64,000 nucleotides of DNA, taken from positions 26,966,358 through 27,030,357 of the forward strand of contig JASCQW010000137.1 in the NCBI GenBank assembly GCA_030264375.1. The letters run 5' to 3'. Position numbers and translations under genes: made by a program. The notes below the pieces were generated by a model. It did no database searches. It was not told where the DNA came from and was given only the letters and a program-made list of their open reading frames with translations. Numbering within the stretch: the stretch's first letter is position 1; each line of letters starts with the position of its first letter. Source of the stretch: Carcharhinus longimanus (Eukaryota). Shown in pieces: positions 49,468 through 62,849 of this stretch.

Positions 49468-51694
49468 ATTTTTTCCAGGAAACTCGAGTTGACTATACAT
49501 GTGGGGAACGGGGGTAATTAATTTCTGGTGGCCTGGACTAATGCCTAGATTGAGAAAAAAGCAAGACTGTGCCAGGCATGTGCATGGGTAAGGAATGCAC
49601 CACCATTGTTTTCATGGGAATGGTCTAAAATGCCTTTGAAATGTCTACACATTGACTTCGCAGATCCAGCCAAAGGGCATATGTTCATGGTTATCTTTGA
49701 CGCACACTCCAAACGGCTGGAGGTTGTTCTAATGAAGTCAACAATTGTGGGGCAAACCATCAAAAGCTTGGTGAGATTTTAGCCAGATTTGGGAAAGCAG
49801 AGCAAATCGTGAATGATAATGGGCCATAATTCACAGCATTTGAGTTTGAAGGATATTTGAAGATGAGTGGTTTCCAATACACAAAATCAGCACCTACTCC
49901 TGACCACCCATCAACAAAGGGATTAGCTGGAAGGTTAGTTCTGTCCTTGAAGCATTCACTAAAAGCCTCCAAGGACCAAGGTTCATTAAATCGTCGTGGT
50001 GATGGATTGCAAATGACCGTGTGACTAAGAGTTCCCCAGCTTTACTACCATTGAGAAAGTTGAGAACTGCAGTCGATCCGCTCTTCCCGCAGGAGACGCC
50101 CGAGATAGTAGAATGCAATCAGCAGTTGCACATCTTGAGAAGATAATTCCAAACGATGCTTGTTTCAACAAGGTAGTGTATGTTTTGGTATGCAGCTATG
50201 CCATGAGTGAAAAGTGGTTTCCTGCAAGTGTATTGGCTCAAACTGGCCCTGTTTCCTATACTGTACAAACTGAAGGTGAATTAGTGTGGAGACGGCATGT
50301 GGATCAGTTAGCCACACACACAAATGTACCAGTACCATGTTTACTCAAACTATCTATGGATGAACCAATGTCTGTAATGTTAGATATTGTGACGGCAACT
50401 TTTGATCAATCAGCAGAAAGCAAGATTGCTGAAGAATCCTTTGCTGCCAGTCATCTTCCTTATGCAAAAGAGAGTGTTGTGCTTTCTAGGGTAGAGATGT
50501 CCTCTGAAGAACTGGAAAATATCTCTTAGGTCAAGGAGAACCAAATCCCTGAAGTGTGCAGACAACCAGTGTGGAATAGGTGCTCACCTGAATGTCTTTC
50601 CTATTAACAATTATTGTTGTGTAAATGATTCATTGACTGCTCTTGCATGTATGTTTCAAATTCTGTATAAAAGTAGTGTGGTTATTTATTGTTTAGAAGT
50701 AAAGTGGGAGGGCTGTTATATATTTAGGGTTTTGGTGGGTTTGCATTGTCAGTTTAAGAGTCTAGTTATGTTTGTAACATCGGCTGCTTTGCGGGCTTTG
50801 CCTCAGTCTAGATCAAGCCTTTACAGAGTAACAGCGATTCAATGAACCTGCATTTGCATCCAATCCCATATACTTTTAGTTCATGTTCTTTTACTTGACG
50901 AGTGCAGTATACAAAATATAGGGTGCCACGTGTGACAGAATTAGCTCCGGTATATCAGCGGTGAACAGTCTGTGTGACTCAGATCCGTTATCGGGGTGCA
51001 CAAAGTACAGTAAGTGCATGCATGAAATGTTGTACATTATGTATAATATTTATAAGATAGAGATTGCTTGTGCACATACATCTTTTGATAGTGCATGTCA
51101 CAACTTCAAATCTTGAGATGTGAGATTTTTCAATTATCCAAGTTACATTTTGGACAGATGTGTGGGTTGAAGGAAATATTGGATACCACTCATGTAGTTT
51201 CTTTTCTCATTTTGTTTTGCCTGTCTTTTTATTTTCATGACTTCACCTTTTGTGTTCACTGCCCACTAAGCTGAACTATTTGGAAGTGCTGTTCTTTCTT
51301 GGTCTCACTGTGTGTGTGGGTGTGGGTAGGATTGGGGGTTAATGAAAGCAAGTGGCAGCTTCTGCAATAGGGTGAAGGCCCTCTTACACAAGATAGATAT
51401 TGATGAGGAAGGCTTTTTGCTGCCATCATAATTGAGAAGGATCGCTTTACTCCCCCTCACAATATCTCATTGTTTCTCCCACTTCTTTTGCCCCAACATT
51501 TTACTCAGAAGTTTGTTCTGAGTAAATAATGAACTCAATGTTATGATGGGACTAGAGAGCTCCTGGCATTAACTAGTTTAAAGCGATGTTCCTTGACATG
51601 CAGTTAGGCAAAGCAACATTAAGGCTATTTAAAATGGTTCATAACTTTCACTACTACTGTGAATCCTACATCCTTTTATCCTCTTCTGATTTCA

Positions 51695-52825
51695 GTGTAG
51701 GTTTCAATGAGAGGTGATTGCATTGAAACCTGCAAAATACGTAAAGGAATAGTCAGGATAGATGCAGCTAAGGTGTTTCCCTTTGTTGGAGAGTCTAGAA
51801 CCAGGGTACACAACTTCAAAATTATTTGATTTGATGCAGGGAACGCCACTTAGGGTGAAACGAGGAGAAATTTCTTTACACGGAGGATTGTGAATCTTTG
51901 GAATTCTCTACCCCAGAAGGCTGTGGAAACTAAGTCAATGTGTATGTTTAAAGCAGAGATTGACAGATTTCTGATCAACAGTAAGATGAAGGGTTATGAG
52001 GATAGTGGGTGTAAAAGGCATTGAAGTGTCTGATCAGCCATGATCATATTAAATGGCAGACCAAGCTCGACAGGCTGAATNNNNNNNNNNNNNNNNNNNN
52101 NNNNNNNNNNNNNNNNNNNNNNNNNNNNNNNNNNNNNNNNNNNNNNNNNNNNNNNNNNNNNNNNNNNNNNNNNNNNNNNNNNNNNNNNNNNNNNNNNNNN
52201 NNNNNNNNNNNNNNNNNNNNNNNNNNNNNNNNNNNNNNNNNNNNNNNNNNNNNNNNNNNNNNNNNNNNNNNNNNNNNNNNNNNNNNNNNNNNNNNNNNNN
52301 NNNNNNNNNNNNNNNNNNNNNNNNNNNNNNNNNNNNNNNNNNNNNNNNNNNNNNNNNNNNNNNNNNNNNNNNNNNNNNNNNNNNNNNNNNNNNNNNNNNN
52401 NNNNNNNNNNNNNNNNNNNNNNNNNNNNNNNNNNNNNNNNNNNNNNNNNNNNNNNNNNNNNNNNNNNNNNNNNNNNNNNNNNNNNNNNNNNNNNNNNNNN
52501 NNNNNNNNNNNNNNNNNNNNNNNNNNNNNNNNNNNNNNNNNNNNNNNNNNNNNNNNNNNNNNNNNNNNNNNNNNNNNNNNNNNNNNNNNNNNNNNNNNNN
52601 NNNNNNNNNNNNNNNNNNNNNNNNNNNNNNNNNNNNNNNNNNNNNNNNNNNNNNNNNNNNNNNNNNNNNNNNNNNNNNNNNNNNNNNNNNNNNNNNNNNN
52701 NNNNNNNNNNNNNNNNNNNNNNNNNNNAGTGGGTGTAAAAGGCATTGAAGTGTCTGATCAGCCATGATCATATTAAATGGCAGACCAAGCTCGACAGGCT
52801 GAATGCCCTCCCCCTGTTCCTGTGG
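51695..52825 (+). mobile_element. CR1-type LINE 3' end spanning an N gap
   Basis: RGDCIETCKI...RRNFFTRRIVNLWNSLPQKAVE. Confidence 0.8.
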
Positions 52826-53094
52826 TATACACCCCACATTGACCTGTAAACATATCTGCCAAAGTATAAATTGCTATTCAGTGATTGATCCAAATGTAAA
52901 TAGACTAATGTTCCCTTTGATATTCTTATAATTTTGGATATTCTCCCCCCATTCTTTTCATGTCTAAAATCCTAGGGTTTCTATTTATTAACCCTCTTTA
53001 ATATGTTTAATGCAATATGTTCTTCATTCAGTTAATTACTTTGGAAGTGATGTCGGTCTTGTCATAGAAATGGTGATTGTGCCAGAAATATTCC

Positions 53095-53645
53095 ATAGAA
53101 TCATAGAATCCCTATAGTGCAAAAGGAGGCCATTCAGCCCGTTGAGTCTGCACCGACCACAATCCCACCCAGGTCCTATCTGCTTAACCCCATGCATTTA
53201 CCTTAACTAGTCCCCCTGACACTAAGGGGCAATTTAGCATAGCCAATCCACCTAAACCACACATCATTCCGGTGCCTGTTTGGGTCAGTGCACCTCACCT
53301 GCACGCCTTTCAGAATATGGGAGGAAACTGGAGCACCCAGAGGAAACCCATGCAGACATAGGGAGAATGTGCAAACTCCACACAGACAGTGACCCAAGNN
53401 NNNNNNNNNNNNNNNNNNNNNNNNNNNNNNNNNNNNNNNNNNNNNNNNNNNNNNNNNNNNNNNNNNNNNNNNNNNNNNNNNNNNNNNNNNNNNNNNNNAG
53501 GAAACTGGAGCACCCAGAGGAAACCCATGCAGACATAGGGAGAATGTGCAAACTCCACACAGACAGTGACCCAAGGCGGGAATCGAACCTGAGTTCCTGG
53601 CGCTGTGAAGCAGCAGTGCTAACCATTGTGCTACCGTGTCGTCCT
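53095..53645 (-). mobile_element. HE1-type SINE(s), chimeric, with an assembly gap
   Basis: GATTCTATG tail joined to a second SINE body carrying the CCCAAACAGGCACCGGAATG segment. Confidence 0.8.
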
Positions 53646-53949
53646 ATCATAGCTAGCAAAGAAATGAATGGCCAATCAGTTTTAGGTGACCTTGTTCAGA
53701 GGTGAAATGCTGACCCCTGTGCTCACTAATCTATATTGTTTTTCAACCTGGCAGCACCTTAATTTTAAAATTTTCCTGCTTGTTTGCAAGTCCCTCCATA
53801 GGCACAAGGAAATGTCAGTACTACACATATCCCGTACAAATTAAATATATTTTTCATTGATAATGTTGTTTTTTACATGATTTAAATCTAACTGGAATCT
53901 AAATTACTAGGTTTCTCTTGGCTGGCTATTATCCATACAGATGACGATA

Positions 53950-54220
53950 GCTGTGGCACAGTGGCTAGCACTGCTGCTTCACGGGACCGGGGTTCGATTT
54001 GCGGCTTGGGTCACTTTCTGTGCAGAGTCTGCACGTTATCTCTATGTCTGTGCGGGTTTCCTCCAGGTGCTCCGGTTTCCTCCTGCATTTTGAAAAAGTT
54101 GCTAGTTAGGTGCATTGACCCGAACAGACGTTGGACTTTGGCGATTAGGGGAAATATCTCAGTAACTTAATTGCAGTGTTCATGTAAACCTTATCTGTGA
54201 CTAACAAATATACTTTACTT
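53950..54220 (+). mobile_element. HE1-head SINE with the alternative tail
   Basis: GGTTCGATT B box; tail CAGTAACTTAATTGCAGTGTT. Confidence 0.8.
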
Positions 54221-54277
54221 AACTTCCATTTTCATTTTGACTCTGAATTAAAAATACTCTTCGAATGAGACATGGAA

Positions 54278-54475
54278 GCAAAAGCAAAATGCAGCTGATG
54301 CTGGAAATCTGAAATAAAAACATAAAAGCGGGAAAAATTCAGCATGCCTGGCAGTGAAAAACAGAGTTAACGTTTCAAGTTTAATATATTTGACTTGAAG
54401 TGTTAACTGTGTTTCTCTGTTCAAAGATGCTGCCAGACCTGCTGTGTTTTTTCAGCTATTTCAGTTTTTATTTCT
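54278..54475. mobile_element. Inverted pair of Penelope-type terminal repeats (hairpin)
   Basis: GAAATAAAAAC...ACAGAGTTAACGTTTCAAGT / ACTTGAAGTGTTAACTGTGT...GTTTTTATTTC. Confidence 0.7.
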
Positions 54476-55019
54476 TAGAATGAGCTGTTGTTTTAAAATT
54501 GAGAAACTGCATACATAACAAAGATCCAAATATATTGTGTGGACCTCTTTCCAAACAGGTTTATTAAACAATAGTGGAATAAATAAATAATGGCAGAACT
54601 AGGACATATTTGCAGTTGTTGTTAAATTCTATTGGCATGTACAATAGAAAATCATTAGTTTACTTTTCTAGTACCAAAACTATAATTATAATATCTCTTA
54701 AATGTTTCTTTTTATGTTCTCTGCAATTTTTCTGGGTTATCAAATGGTTTCTCTGGTTCAGAGGCTCCAATCAAATGGTCTCTTTTTTAACAACCAAGAA
54801 CGAATTAAAGCAGGCTGTACAGCAAGCTAAATTGTAGACCCAAGTTTCATTTTTGTCACAATGAAGTCATGTGTAAGTAACGCCAAGTTCAGCATGATTT
54901 ATGTTGCTGTATGAAACAATCCAAACAAAGTTGATGTAATGTTTTTTTCTTGAACATAGTGCCATTTAAACTAGGGCATTTCAGAGAATAATTGCTGCTT
55001 CTGTCAATTTGCTATCCTG

Positions 55020-55400
55020 CAACTTGAAAGATCATGTATCACAAGTGTCTAAAAGTGCTGACCATATTCTGGATGGGAATGGCTGATTTAAACACAGCAA
55101 AATCCCAATAACAACAATGAGATGAATGATCGGTTCATTTGTTTTGGTCATGTAAATTGCTAGGACACTGGGAAAACTCATTGCTCTTCTGATAGAACCA
55201 TGGGATCATTCCCATCCACTTAAACCACAGGAACAGGCAGATGTGGGACCAGGTTTCACATGTCATCTGAGTAAATACTATTCTGTAGCAATCTCCAAGT
55301 GATGCGTGGAACTGTCAGAGTTGTTTAAATGTTTGTGAGTTCTAGAATGGTACTCTAAACTACAGCCTCTGACTGACAAGGAGGCCACCAAATAAGTCAT
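55020..55400 (-). mobile_element. Ancient Deu-domain SINE just upstream of STX8 exon 2
   Basis: GGACACTGGGAAAACTCATTGCTCTTCTGATAGAACCATGGGATC resembles 32590-32632. Confidence 0.5.
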
Positions 55401-55511
55401 GAGCAAATTTTTCATGTAATCTAACTAAATTTCTTTGAGTATCACATTATAAACATTTTATTCTGATTTACATTTAGATATCTTTAATAATCTTTTCCCT
55501 CGGTTCTTCAG

Positions 55512-55611
55512 GTTAATGAAATATGATTCCACCTGCCAACTAGCACAAGAGGTTGCTGAAAATATCCATGAACGTAATAGACAGAAGAGAACAGGAGGTA
55601 ATCCTTCAAAG
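55512..55611 (+). CDS. STX8: STX8 coding exon 2 (WLMKYDSTCQLAQEVAENIHERNRQKRTGGNPSK)
   Basis: TTCTTCAG acceptor; AAG|GTAAAT donor; 100 nt; syntaxin-8 N-terminal helix. Exon 3 was not found in the window. Confidence 0.92.
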
Positions 55612-55799
55612 GTAAATTCAGCGATGGTTGCTACTATTTTGCAGTTCCATTTGTATGAACATGATTTTTATGATATAGTTTGAGGAAGTAAAGTTGAGAG
55701 AAACATAATTCAATTGGACAATCCACTTGAATTATGGGTAAGTATATATCTCATCAGAAGTCAGCGATCCCAAATAACACCCTTTGTCTAAGGTTTCCA

Positions 55800-55960
55800 A
55801 TCATAGAATCCCTATAATGCAGGAGGAGGCCATTTGGTCCATTGAGCCTGCATTGATCACAGTCCCACCAGCCCCTATTCCCATAACCCCACATATTTAC
55901 TGCTGCCAATCCCCTGATTCTAGGGTCAGTTTAGCATGGCCAATCAACTTAACACACGTA
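55800..55960 (-). mobile_element. HE1 SINE 3' fragment
   Basis: TCATAGAATCCCTA tail through TTAGCATGGCCAATC. Confidence 0.75.
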
Positions 55961-57769
55961 TCTTTCCACCTTTCTGGCATGCTCCAGGAGCACATCTAAA
56001 GCCAACACAGTGTGGCCTTTATATATCTGTATCCAAATAGGTTATAGTTTTACGGGTATATGGATTCTATTGTTGTGATCTCAAGGGAGAGCATAAAGAA
56101 GAAATTCAAATTCTGAGCAACTGTAAAGGTTACTCCACAAAGTTTCATGTTGTAAACAAAAAACTTTAATTGTTTGAGTTAAACGTAGCAAGTGCTATTA
56201 ACTCAACACCAAATTTTGTAAACCCTTATCTTAAAACCCAAAATTTCAGCATTGCACTCTTTGTTCTATCTTTATTTCCACCCAAGATTTCCCTTACCGG
56301 ATCTTGAGGGTTCCTTCATTTCTCCTGAGACCAAGCAAAAGTGTGTCATAGCTCTCAGAAATTCACTTTGATTCTTCTATGTGCTCCTGCTCTTTTCTTG
56401 GGGTATGAGATTACTCGATAACAATCTGCAGACAACCCTCCAATTCTCCTAAAATATCTCATGATTGAGTGCACCATTGCTTCAGCATGGGCCTCACTGT
56501 GTTTTTGCGTACTAACTTCTAAAATCAAAAAGCACCCTTGGTTTCTGATGACTGTTTGTTTCAGGTATACAGATCATGGCAGAATTCTCTTTCTATGCTT
56601 GTCTCAAATCTGCTGCAGGCTCCAATTGCCTGTTTCTGTAAGAAATCACACAGAGAGACAAGCTCAAATTAAAAGGCTACCCCCTGAAACTTATCCTCAT
56701 AGCAACATAGCATGCTGGGATGTTCCAGATAGACAACTGAAATCTTACCAGGCTCACTGGCTCCATTCTGAAAAGACAACCTATTGTTTATTGTTTTACA
56801 CACCTCTACTTCTAATGCCTTCAAGTAAACATGGACCATTCTTGGATTTGTAATTATCTTAGCAGTATATACCAACTTCTCTAACTCAGGTTTTTCCCTT
56901 TTATCTAGCACTTGAAAAAATTAATTCCAAATTAAGTTATATTCTTAAAACATATGAGACATAAAATTAGATACTTTTGCCAGAGGTATGCTGTGCTGGA
57001 GGTGATTGAGGGAAGTGTCCTCTTTCTTCAAACATTAAAATTTGTAATCTGCCTTGCTTTGTGATGCAATTGTAGTTTTTTAATTTCTATTTATTAGATT
57101 TATCTTCAGATTCGAACTGCTGCATTGTCAAGATTGTTTTAGGCAATTTACTCTTGGGCATCTGTCAATTTCACTCCATGCCATGATGATATAATTCATG
57201 GGCTTCTGAAAAGAAAGGACCAAATGATTTGTTCCAGGTTTCAAAATTCAATTATTAATGGCCCTAACTTTTCTGTCAAAACAATGGCGATGTCAGTGGT
57301 GCTCACCTTTACTCATTTGGAAATAGTACAACAATTGGCTGTGGATGAACCCAAAATTCTGAAAGTTGCTGTCTGAGTTGTTCTACTCTGCCATTAGCTT
57401 CACTGAAATGGCATTCTGCTCTCCACCTAACCATTGCAATGCATAGAATGGTGTGACATTGTTGCATTTGTGCAGTAGACAAAAACTAAACTTGTCGCAC
57501 AACGTTAAGCCATTTTAGCTTCATCCTGAGCATTCTTACCCTGTGGTAAGTGTTAATTACGAATAATCAACTTCACTTGCCTTAAAAATTAACTATTACA
57601 GCGTGGAGTCTCATTCCTTCAGATTTTAGTTATTGGAGTATTTGATAATGTAGAATTTTACATTTTAACTTTTCTGTCTTGTTTAACCCAATCTTTCAAA
57701 TCTCAACCTTCATGTTTCTCTTTCTGCACCTGAGTTGACGTTGAATACACCCAATCCAATGGACACTTC

Positions 57770-60270
57770 TACAATCTGTAGAACTGTCAGTAGGAACTGT
57801 TCCAGAGTTTATAGAATCTAAATGATGACGACCAATGCATCCACCATTTCTAGGGCCACTTCCTTAAGTACTCTGGGATGTAGGTTATCAGTGCTTGGGG
57901 ATTTATTGACCTTCAATCCCATCAATTTTCCCAACATCAATTTTCTGCAAATATTGATTTCCTGCAGTTCCTCCCTCTCACGAGTTCCCCAATATTTCTT
58001 AAATGTTATTTGTGTCCTCTTTTGTGAAGACGGAACCAAAGTATGTATTCAGTTGGTCAGCCATTTCTTTATTCCCCATTATAAATTCCCAATTTCCCAG
58101 AAATCTGAAACCCTCCCCCTCACACCATCTCTTCAACCATGTATTTACCTAATGTATCCTGCTATTTCTGCTCTGATGTACGTGTCCTTTATCACGTGCA
58201 TCTCTAATTATACGTTTCTGACTAAGTGACTTACGTTTGTCTTCAATCTTTTTCTCTTCACATACCTATAGAAACTTTTACTCAGTTTCTATGTTCACTG
58301 CAAGCTTACTCTTGTACTTTATTTTCTCCTTCATAATCAATCTCTTGGTCCTCATTGGTTAATTGTAAACTGCTCCAATCCTCAGGGCTGTTATTTGTTC
58401 TGACCAATTTGTCTGCCTTTTCCTTGGATCTAACATTAAAATAATTGCCTTAGTCAGCCATGGTTTGGCCATCTTTCCCATTTTACTTTTGCACCAGACA
58501 GGAATAAACAATAGTTGCAGTTCACCCATGTGTGCTCTTTGAATGTTTGCCATTGCCTCTCCACTGTTATGCGTTTAGCTAATGCTTCCCAGCCTATTAT
58601 AACCAACTCGCCCCTCATACAATCGTGGTCTCCTTTATTCAGACTCAGGGCCCTTGTCTCAGAATCAACTATTCCAACTTGATGAAAAATTCTATCACTT
58701 TATGGTCGCTCATCTCCAAGGGGTCTCACACAATTAGATTTCCAATGATTCCTTTCTCATTAGACAATACCAGTCCAGGATGGTCTGTTCTGCAGTTGGT
58801 TTCTCAATGTATTGGTCCAAAAAACCATCCTGTATACATTCCAGCAATTTCTCCCCTGTGGTATTGTGACTAATTTGATTTGCCCGGTCTATATGCAGAT
58901 TAAAGTCACCCATAATCACAGATGTTCCTTTATCATGTGTGTCTCTAATTACATGTTTAATGCCATTCCCAACACCAACACTATTGTTTGGGAACCCACA
59001 TACAACTCCCATTAATGTTTAGGCCCTTTAGTATTTATTATCTCTATCCACACAGATTCCACATCGTTAGAGCTAATATCTTTCCTCACTTCTGCGTTAA
59101 TTTCCTCTTTAACAAGTAACTCCACCACCTGTCCTTTTCATCTGCCCTTCCTAAACACCAAATACCCCTGAACGTACAGTTCCCATCCCTGGTCATCCTG
59201 CAGCCATGCCTCTGTAATCCCAATTATATTATACCTGTTACATTATTTGTGCTGTTAATTCATCCACTTTATTATGAACACTGCGCATTAAGGCACAAAG
59301 CCTTGAGGCTTATCTTTTTAACATTACTTGTCCCATTCCCACTCTTTTTCACTGTGGCCCTGTTTGGTTCCAGCACTTGATTTCTCTGCCTATCACTTTT
59401 TTTACTTCCCGCTCTGCATTTTGATCTTGTCCTTAATTTTCTTCCTCTGACACCTTCATGGGTTTCCATTCCCCTGCCAATTTAGCTTAAACCCTCCCAA
59501 CCATTCTATGAAATACCCTCCCTCAGACATCACTCCTGTCCTGCCCAGGTATAACCCATTCAGTTTGTAGTTGTCCCACCTTCCCCAGAACCAGTCCCAA
59601 TGTCCCAGGAATCTGAAACCGTCCTCCTCGCACCATCTCTTCAGCCATGTATTTTACTGATATATTCTGCTATTTCTGCTCTGACTAATATGAGGCACTG
59701 GTAGTAATCCTGAGATCGCTACCTTTTGAGGTTCTACTTTTCAATTTAGTTCCTAAGTCCCTATATTCTGCTTTTTGGACTCCATTCCTTTTTTTTTAAA
59801 CCTGTGTTGTTTGTACTAACGTGTACCACAACCAGTAGCTGTTTGCCCTCCCATGCCAGAATGTCCTGCAGCCGCTCCAAGCCATCCTTGATACTTGCAC
59901 CAGGAAAGAAACACATCAACCGGGAGTCCCATTTGCAGCCACAGAAGCGTCTATCTAGTCCCCCTACAATTGAATCCCCTATATTGCATATCCACGCTTT
60001 CACTGTTCCACTGTGCAGCAGAGCCAGTTGTGATGCAATGAATTCGGCAGTTACTGCTTTTGCCTGAGAGGCTGTTCCCCTCAACAGTATCCAAAGCAGT
60101 ATATCTATTTTGTAGGGGAATGGCCACAGGAGGTTCCTGCACTGCCTGGTTAGAACTCACGTTCTGCCTGGTGGTCACCCATTCCCTTCCTGCCTTTGGA
60201 TTCTTAGCCTGTAGTGTGACAACCTCTCAATATGTGCTATCCACGATACTCTCTGCCTCGCAAGGAGAAG
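57770..60270 (-). mobile_element. CR1-type LINE with ORF1 SGNH/GDSL esterase and ORF2 endonuclease remnants
   Basis: IGDSIVGGLDRRFCG...FPGASIKD...VVVHVSTNN; LKALCLNA; VIMGDFNLHID..FLDQYIEKPT; KSPSTDNLHPRVLKE. Confidence 0.88.
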
Positions 60271-60980
60271 TTCCAGCACAGAATCAGCTTTTCCAGCACA
60301 GCCTTCCAAAAATTACATAACTGAGTCTTTGGCAGCAGAGATCTCCTTAAGAGGACAAACGTTTTAGTTTATGCTGCTGTTGTTGTCACCACCCTTCTGG
60401 ATGGCAGAGTGACTTTGGTGTCATACCAAAGGCTCCTCTGAATGTTGGAGAATTTCTGCCAGTGATGTCTTTGCAGGATACTCAAAATCAAGTGTGAAGA
60501 CAGGTTTAGAAATGCCAGCATCCTCGCCAAAACCAATTCCTCTGGCATTTATGATCATTTAAAATCTGCAAACCAAATAAGCAACTTCCAAAGCAGATCT
60601 TCTTTTCATAACTTGAGGATGGCACCTGATCTCAAGGAGGGCAAAGAAAACTTTTTAAGGACACATTGAAAGTCTGATTGAAAGGTACACATTGACATTG
60701 GTACATGGGAGGAGCATGCTCCAAACCATGACATGTGACAATGCCACTTTGAACAAGCTGCAACACAGTTTAAAAAAAACAATCATGTAAACTGTGCTGC
60801 AGGCAGGTAAGTAAAGTGAGAGTAGAGAGAGCACAACTCAAAGAACTCCCCTTCCTCAGGGCAAGTCTTGTCTTTTTTACCCAAAGACCCATGGCTCTAG
60901 GATCGGACAGCTGACTCACCTGAGGGGACACAATCAGGAAACCTGACGGGTGTCATCCTCATTTTGAGGGACCAGCGATG
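60270..60980 (+). mobile_element. RTE-type LINE 3' remnant
   Basis: Degenerate similarity to 5600-6270 (CTTCCAAAGCAGATCT..., ACATTGACATTGGTACATGGGAG). Confidence 0.55.
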
Positions 60981-62849
60981 AATTTTACATTCCTTCTGTC
61001 TGCACGGTTAAAGAGATGCACGATTGCTTGCCCTGTTTACTCAGCTTCCGGATATTAGCTCACACTTCCATCAACTTGCCGTGCAAAAAAAAAATTAAAA
61101 GCCCAAACACGCAAAGGCAAGTTTAACAAGTAACAGATGTCGTTGGATACCCTGCCTCAGCACATTATGGGCCAAAATGTTTATATGTGAGTTTGATATC
61201 CTCCTCTGGTGCCTCAATAGTTATTGTAAGTTCACTGTAAAAGAAAACAGTGCTCAGTAATAACCAATTCATCTGGAAGTGTTTTCTTGTGGTTTGAATG
61301 CTTCCATATATAATTGACCACCATGATGGCACAAAATTGGAGGAAGTTTCATTTTCTGAGAAATCTGCCCCCTCCACCTCTATTCCGGACAATAGCTTTG
61401 ATAAGGGTTTCATTATACTTGTCATTTTCTGGGATTTCTGCCACTAACATTTCTGGGAAATGATGGCCGAGGTATTTATTACCGCCAACAATATGTGTAT
61501 AGTAAGAGTCATTCCATTGAATTGATGTTTGGAATATGTTTCATATCACTTTTCCATTTCCTGGGTCCTTTGAAATGCAGCACAAGCTATCTTAAGTTGA
61601 AGACCAATTAAAAGACAACAGTTTGAAATGAACTACTGATTAAGACTATTGATCATGTGCTGTTGATGTGTTTCAGTGTATTGTTGTTAAATCTTTTGCT
61701 CGAAACCAGCAAGAAGATTTATTGTGAATGTCAAAGATTTGCTTACATGCACGTTTTAAGCTTTTATAAACACACATTTTGTTGTGTTTTTTTAATATAG
61801 ATAATTGTTATCAAAAGCCATAACATTGTTTATTCATATCTTTACAGAAAGTCTGAGATTTGGGAATTGGTACTAGGTGAATGCTGTGTGTTTGTTTTTA
61901 GTTGCTGAAACAATTGTAATTCTTGGCAAGGAGCACAATAATTATATTTTCACCACGAAACATGCACACAAACTGTATTGTTCTTGTTCACATACAATCA
62001 TACATCTACAATATAGAAAACGGGAAAAATTATGTACAGATTTTCAATTCCACCAGTGTCACCTAATTGACATCTTAGCCCATACCTGGAAGTATTTATT
62101 GTATTCTGTGCTTGTTTGAAAAGAGACCTTGGAATCAATCTGGTAGAAAATGCAGGCGGATGCTTTCCAGACACATCCATCTTGTATTAGATTTTGGTGC
62201 AGTGCTGCCAAATATTAAACTCATTTAGAACTTAATAATTTTCTATATATAGCAGCTGAGTGGTTCCAGCATTCATGCAACATGGTGTGCACACTGGTTA
62301 GGCTAATCAGGGAAGCTGAGCAGAATGTTACTTTGTTGAAAGTTAATTGTCTAGTTATATATTTTTTGTGTCTACATGTTTTCTTTCTACATATCGAGCG
62401 CAATCCCAAAATTAATCTGGAGCTTCAATCAAGTAGTAAAGCTAATTGAACACTTGATGTGCCTATGATAGTTCATATGGTGAAAAGTGCCTTACAAAAG
62501 TAATCATGTGCTGGCAAGGAGGTTGGTTCTGTTGGCACAGCTTCAATTCAAACCTAGGAAATAAAATTGTATCAAATTAGCTTCAAGAAGAACAATAAGG
62601 GTGATCAATTTTTTAAAGAATTCTTCCAGATGGAAGTACTCTGTCACCATCATTCAGAGGATGGTGAGTACCATATGAATGATTGTGGCGCTTCATGTTC
62701 AAAATATAATCTGTCATTGTTGTTATATTTTTAAATGGGGTGGACAACAGAAGCAGGTTAATGCAGTTGCACAGCACATTGGATCAAGATGGGTGTTGCT
62801 TTCACTTTTGTAACTACACCATAAAACAAATTCCATTCCAAACAACATG

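Larger units (their letters stand above)
44534..50920 (+). mobile_element. Old full-length Ty3/Gypsy LTR retrotransposon (K02A2.6/Mag-like) in STX8 intron 1
   Basis: Related ~210-bp LTRs (44534-44751, 50714-50920); PBS TGGTGATGAGGA at 44753; PPT AAAGTGGGAGGG before the 3' LTR; gag MAGQFGTIDSF (~45176), protease MEVNTGS (45762), RT YPLPLIEALF..YLDD (47495-47800), integrase LHIDFADP (~49650); many stops. Confidence 0.9.

Noticed and set aside
52005-52805. Identical ~75-bp direct repeat on both sides of a long N gap
   Set aside because: Exact duplication at contig ends points to an unmerged scaffold overlap. The same pattern occurs at 25861-26023 and 53320-53575.
56071-56952. Solo LTR (TG...CA); a similar candidate lies near 27770-28900
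   Set aside because: No target-site duplication, PBS or second copy was visible, so it cannot be supported from this window alone.
61848-61876. STX8 exon 3 candidate (TTTACAG...GTGAAT)
   Set aside because: In-frame TGA at the third codon and no similarity to the expected syntaxin-8 sequence; true exon 3 probably lies beyond the window.
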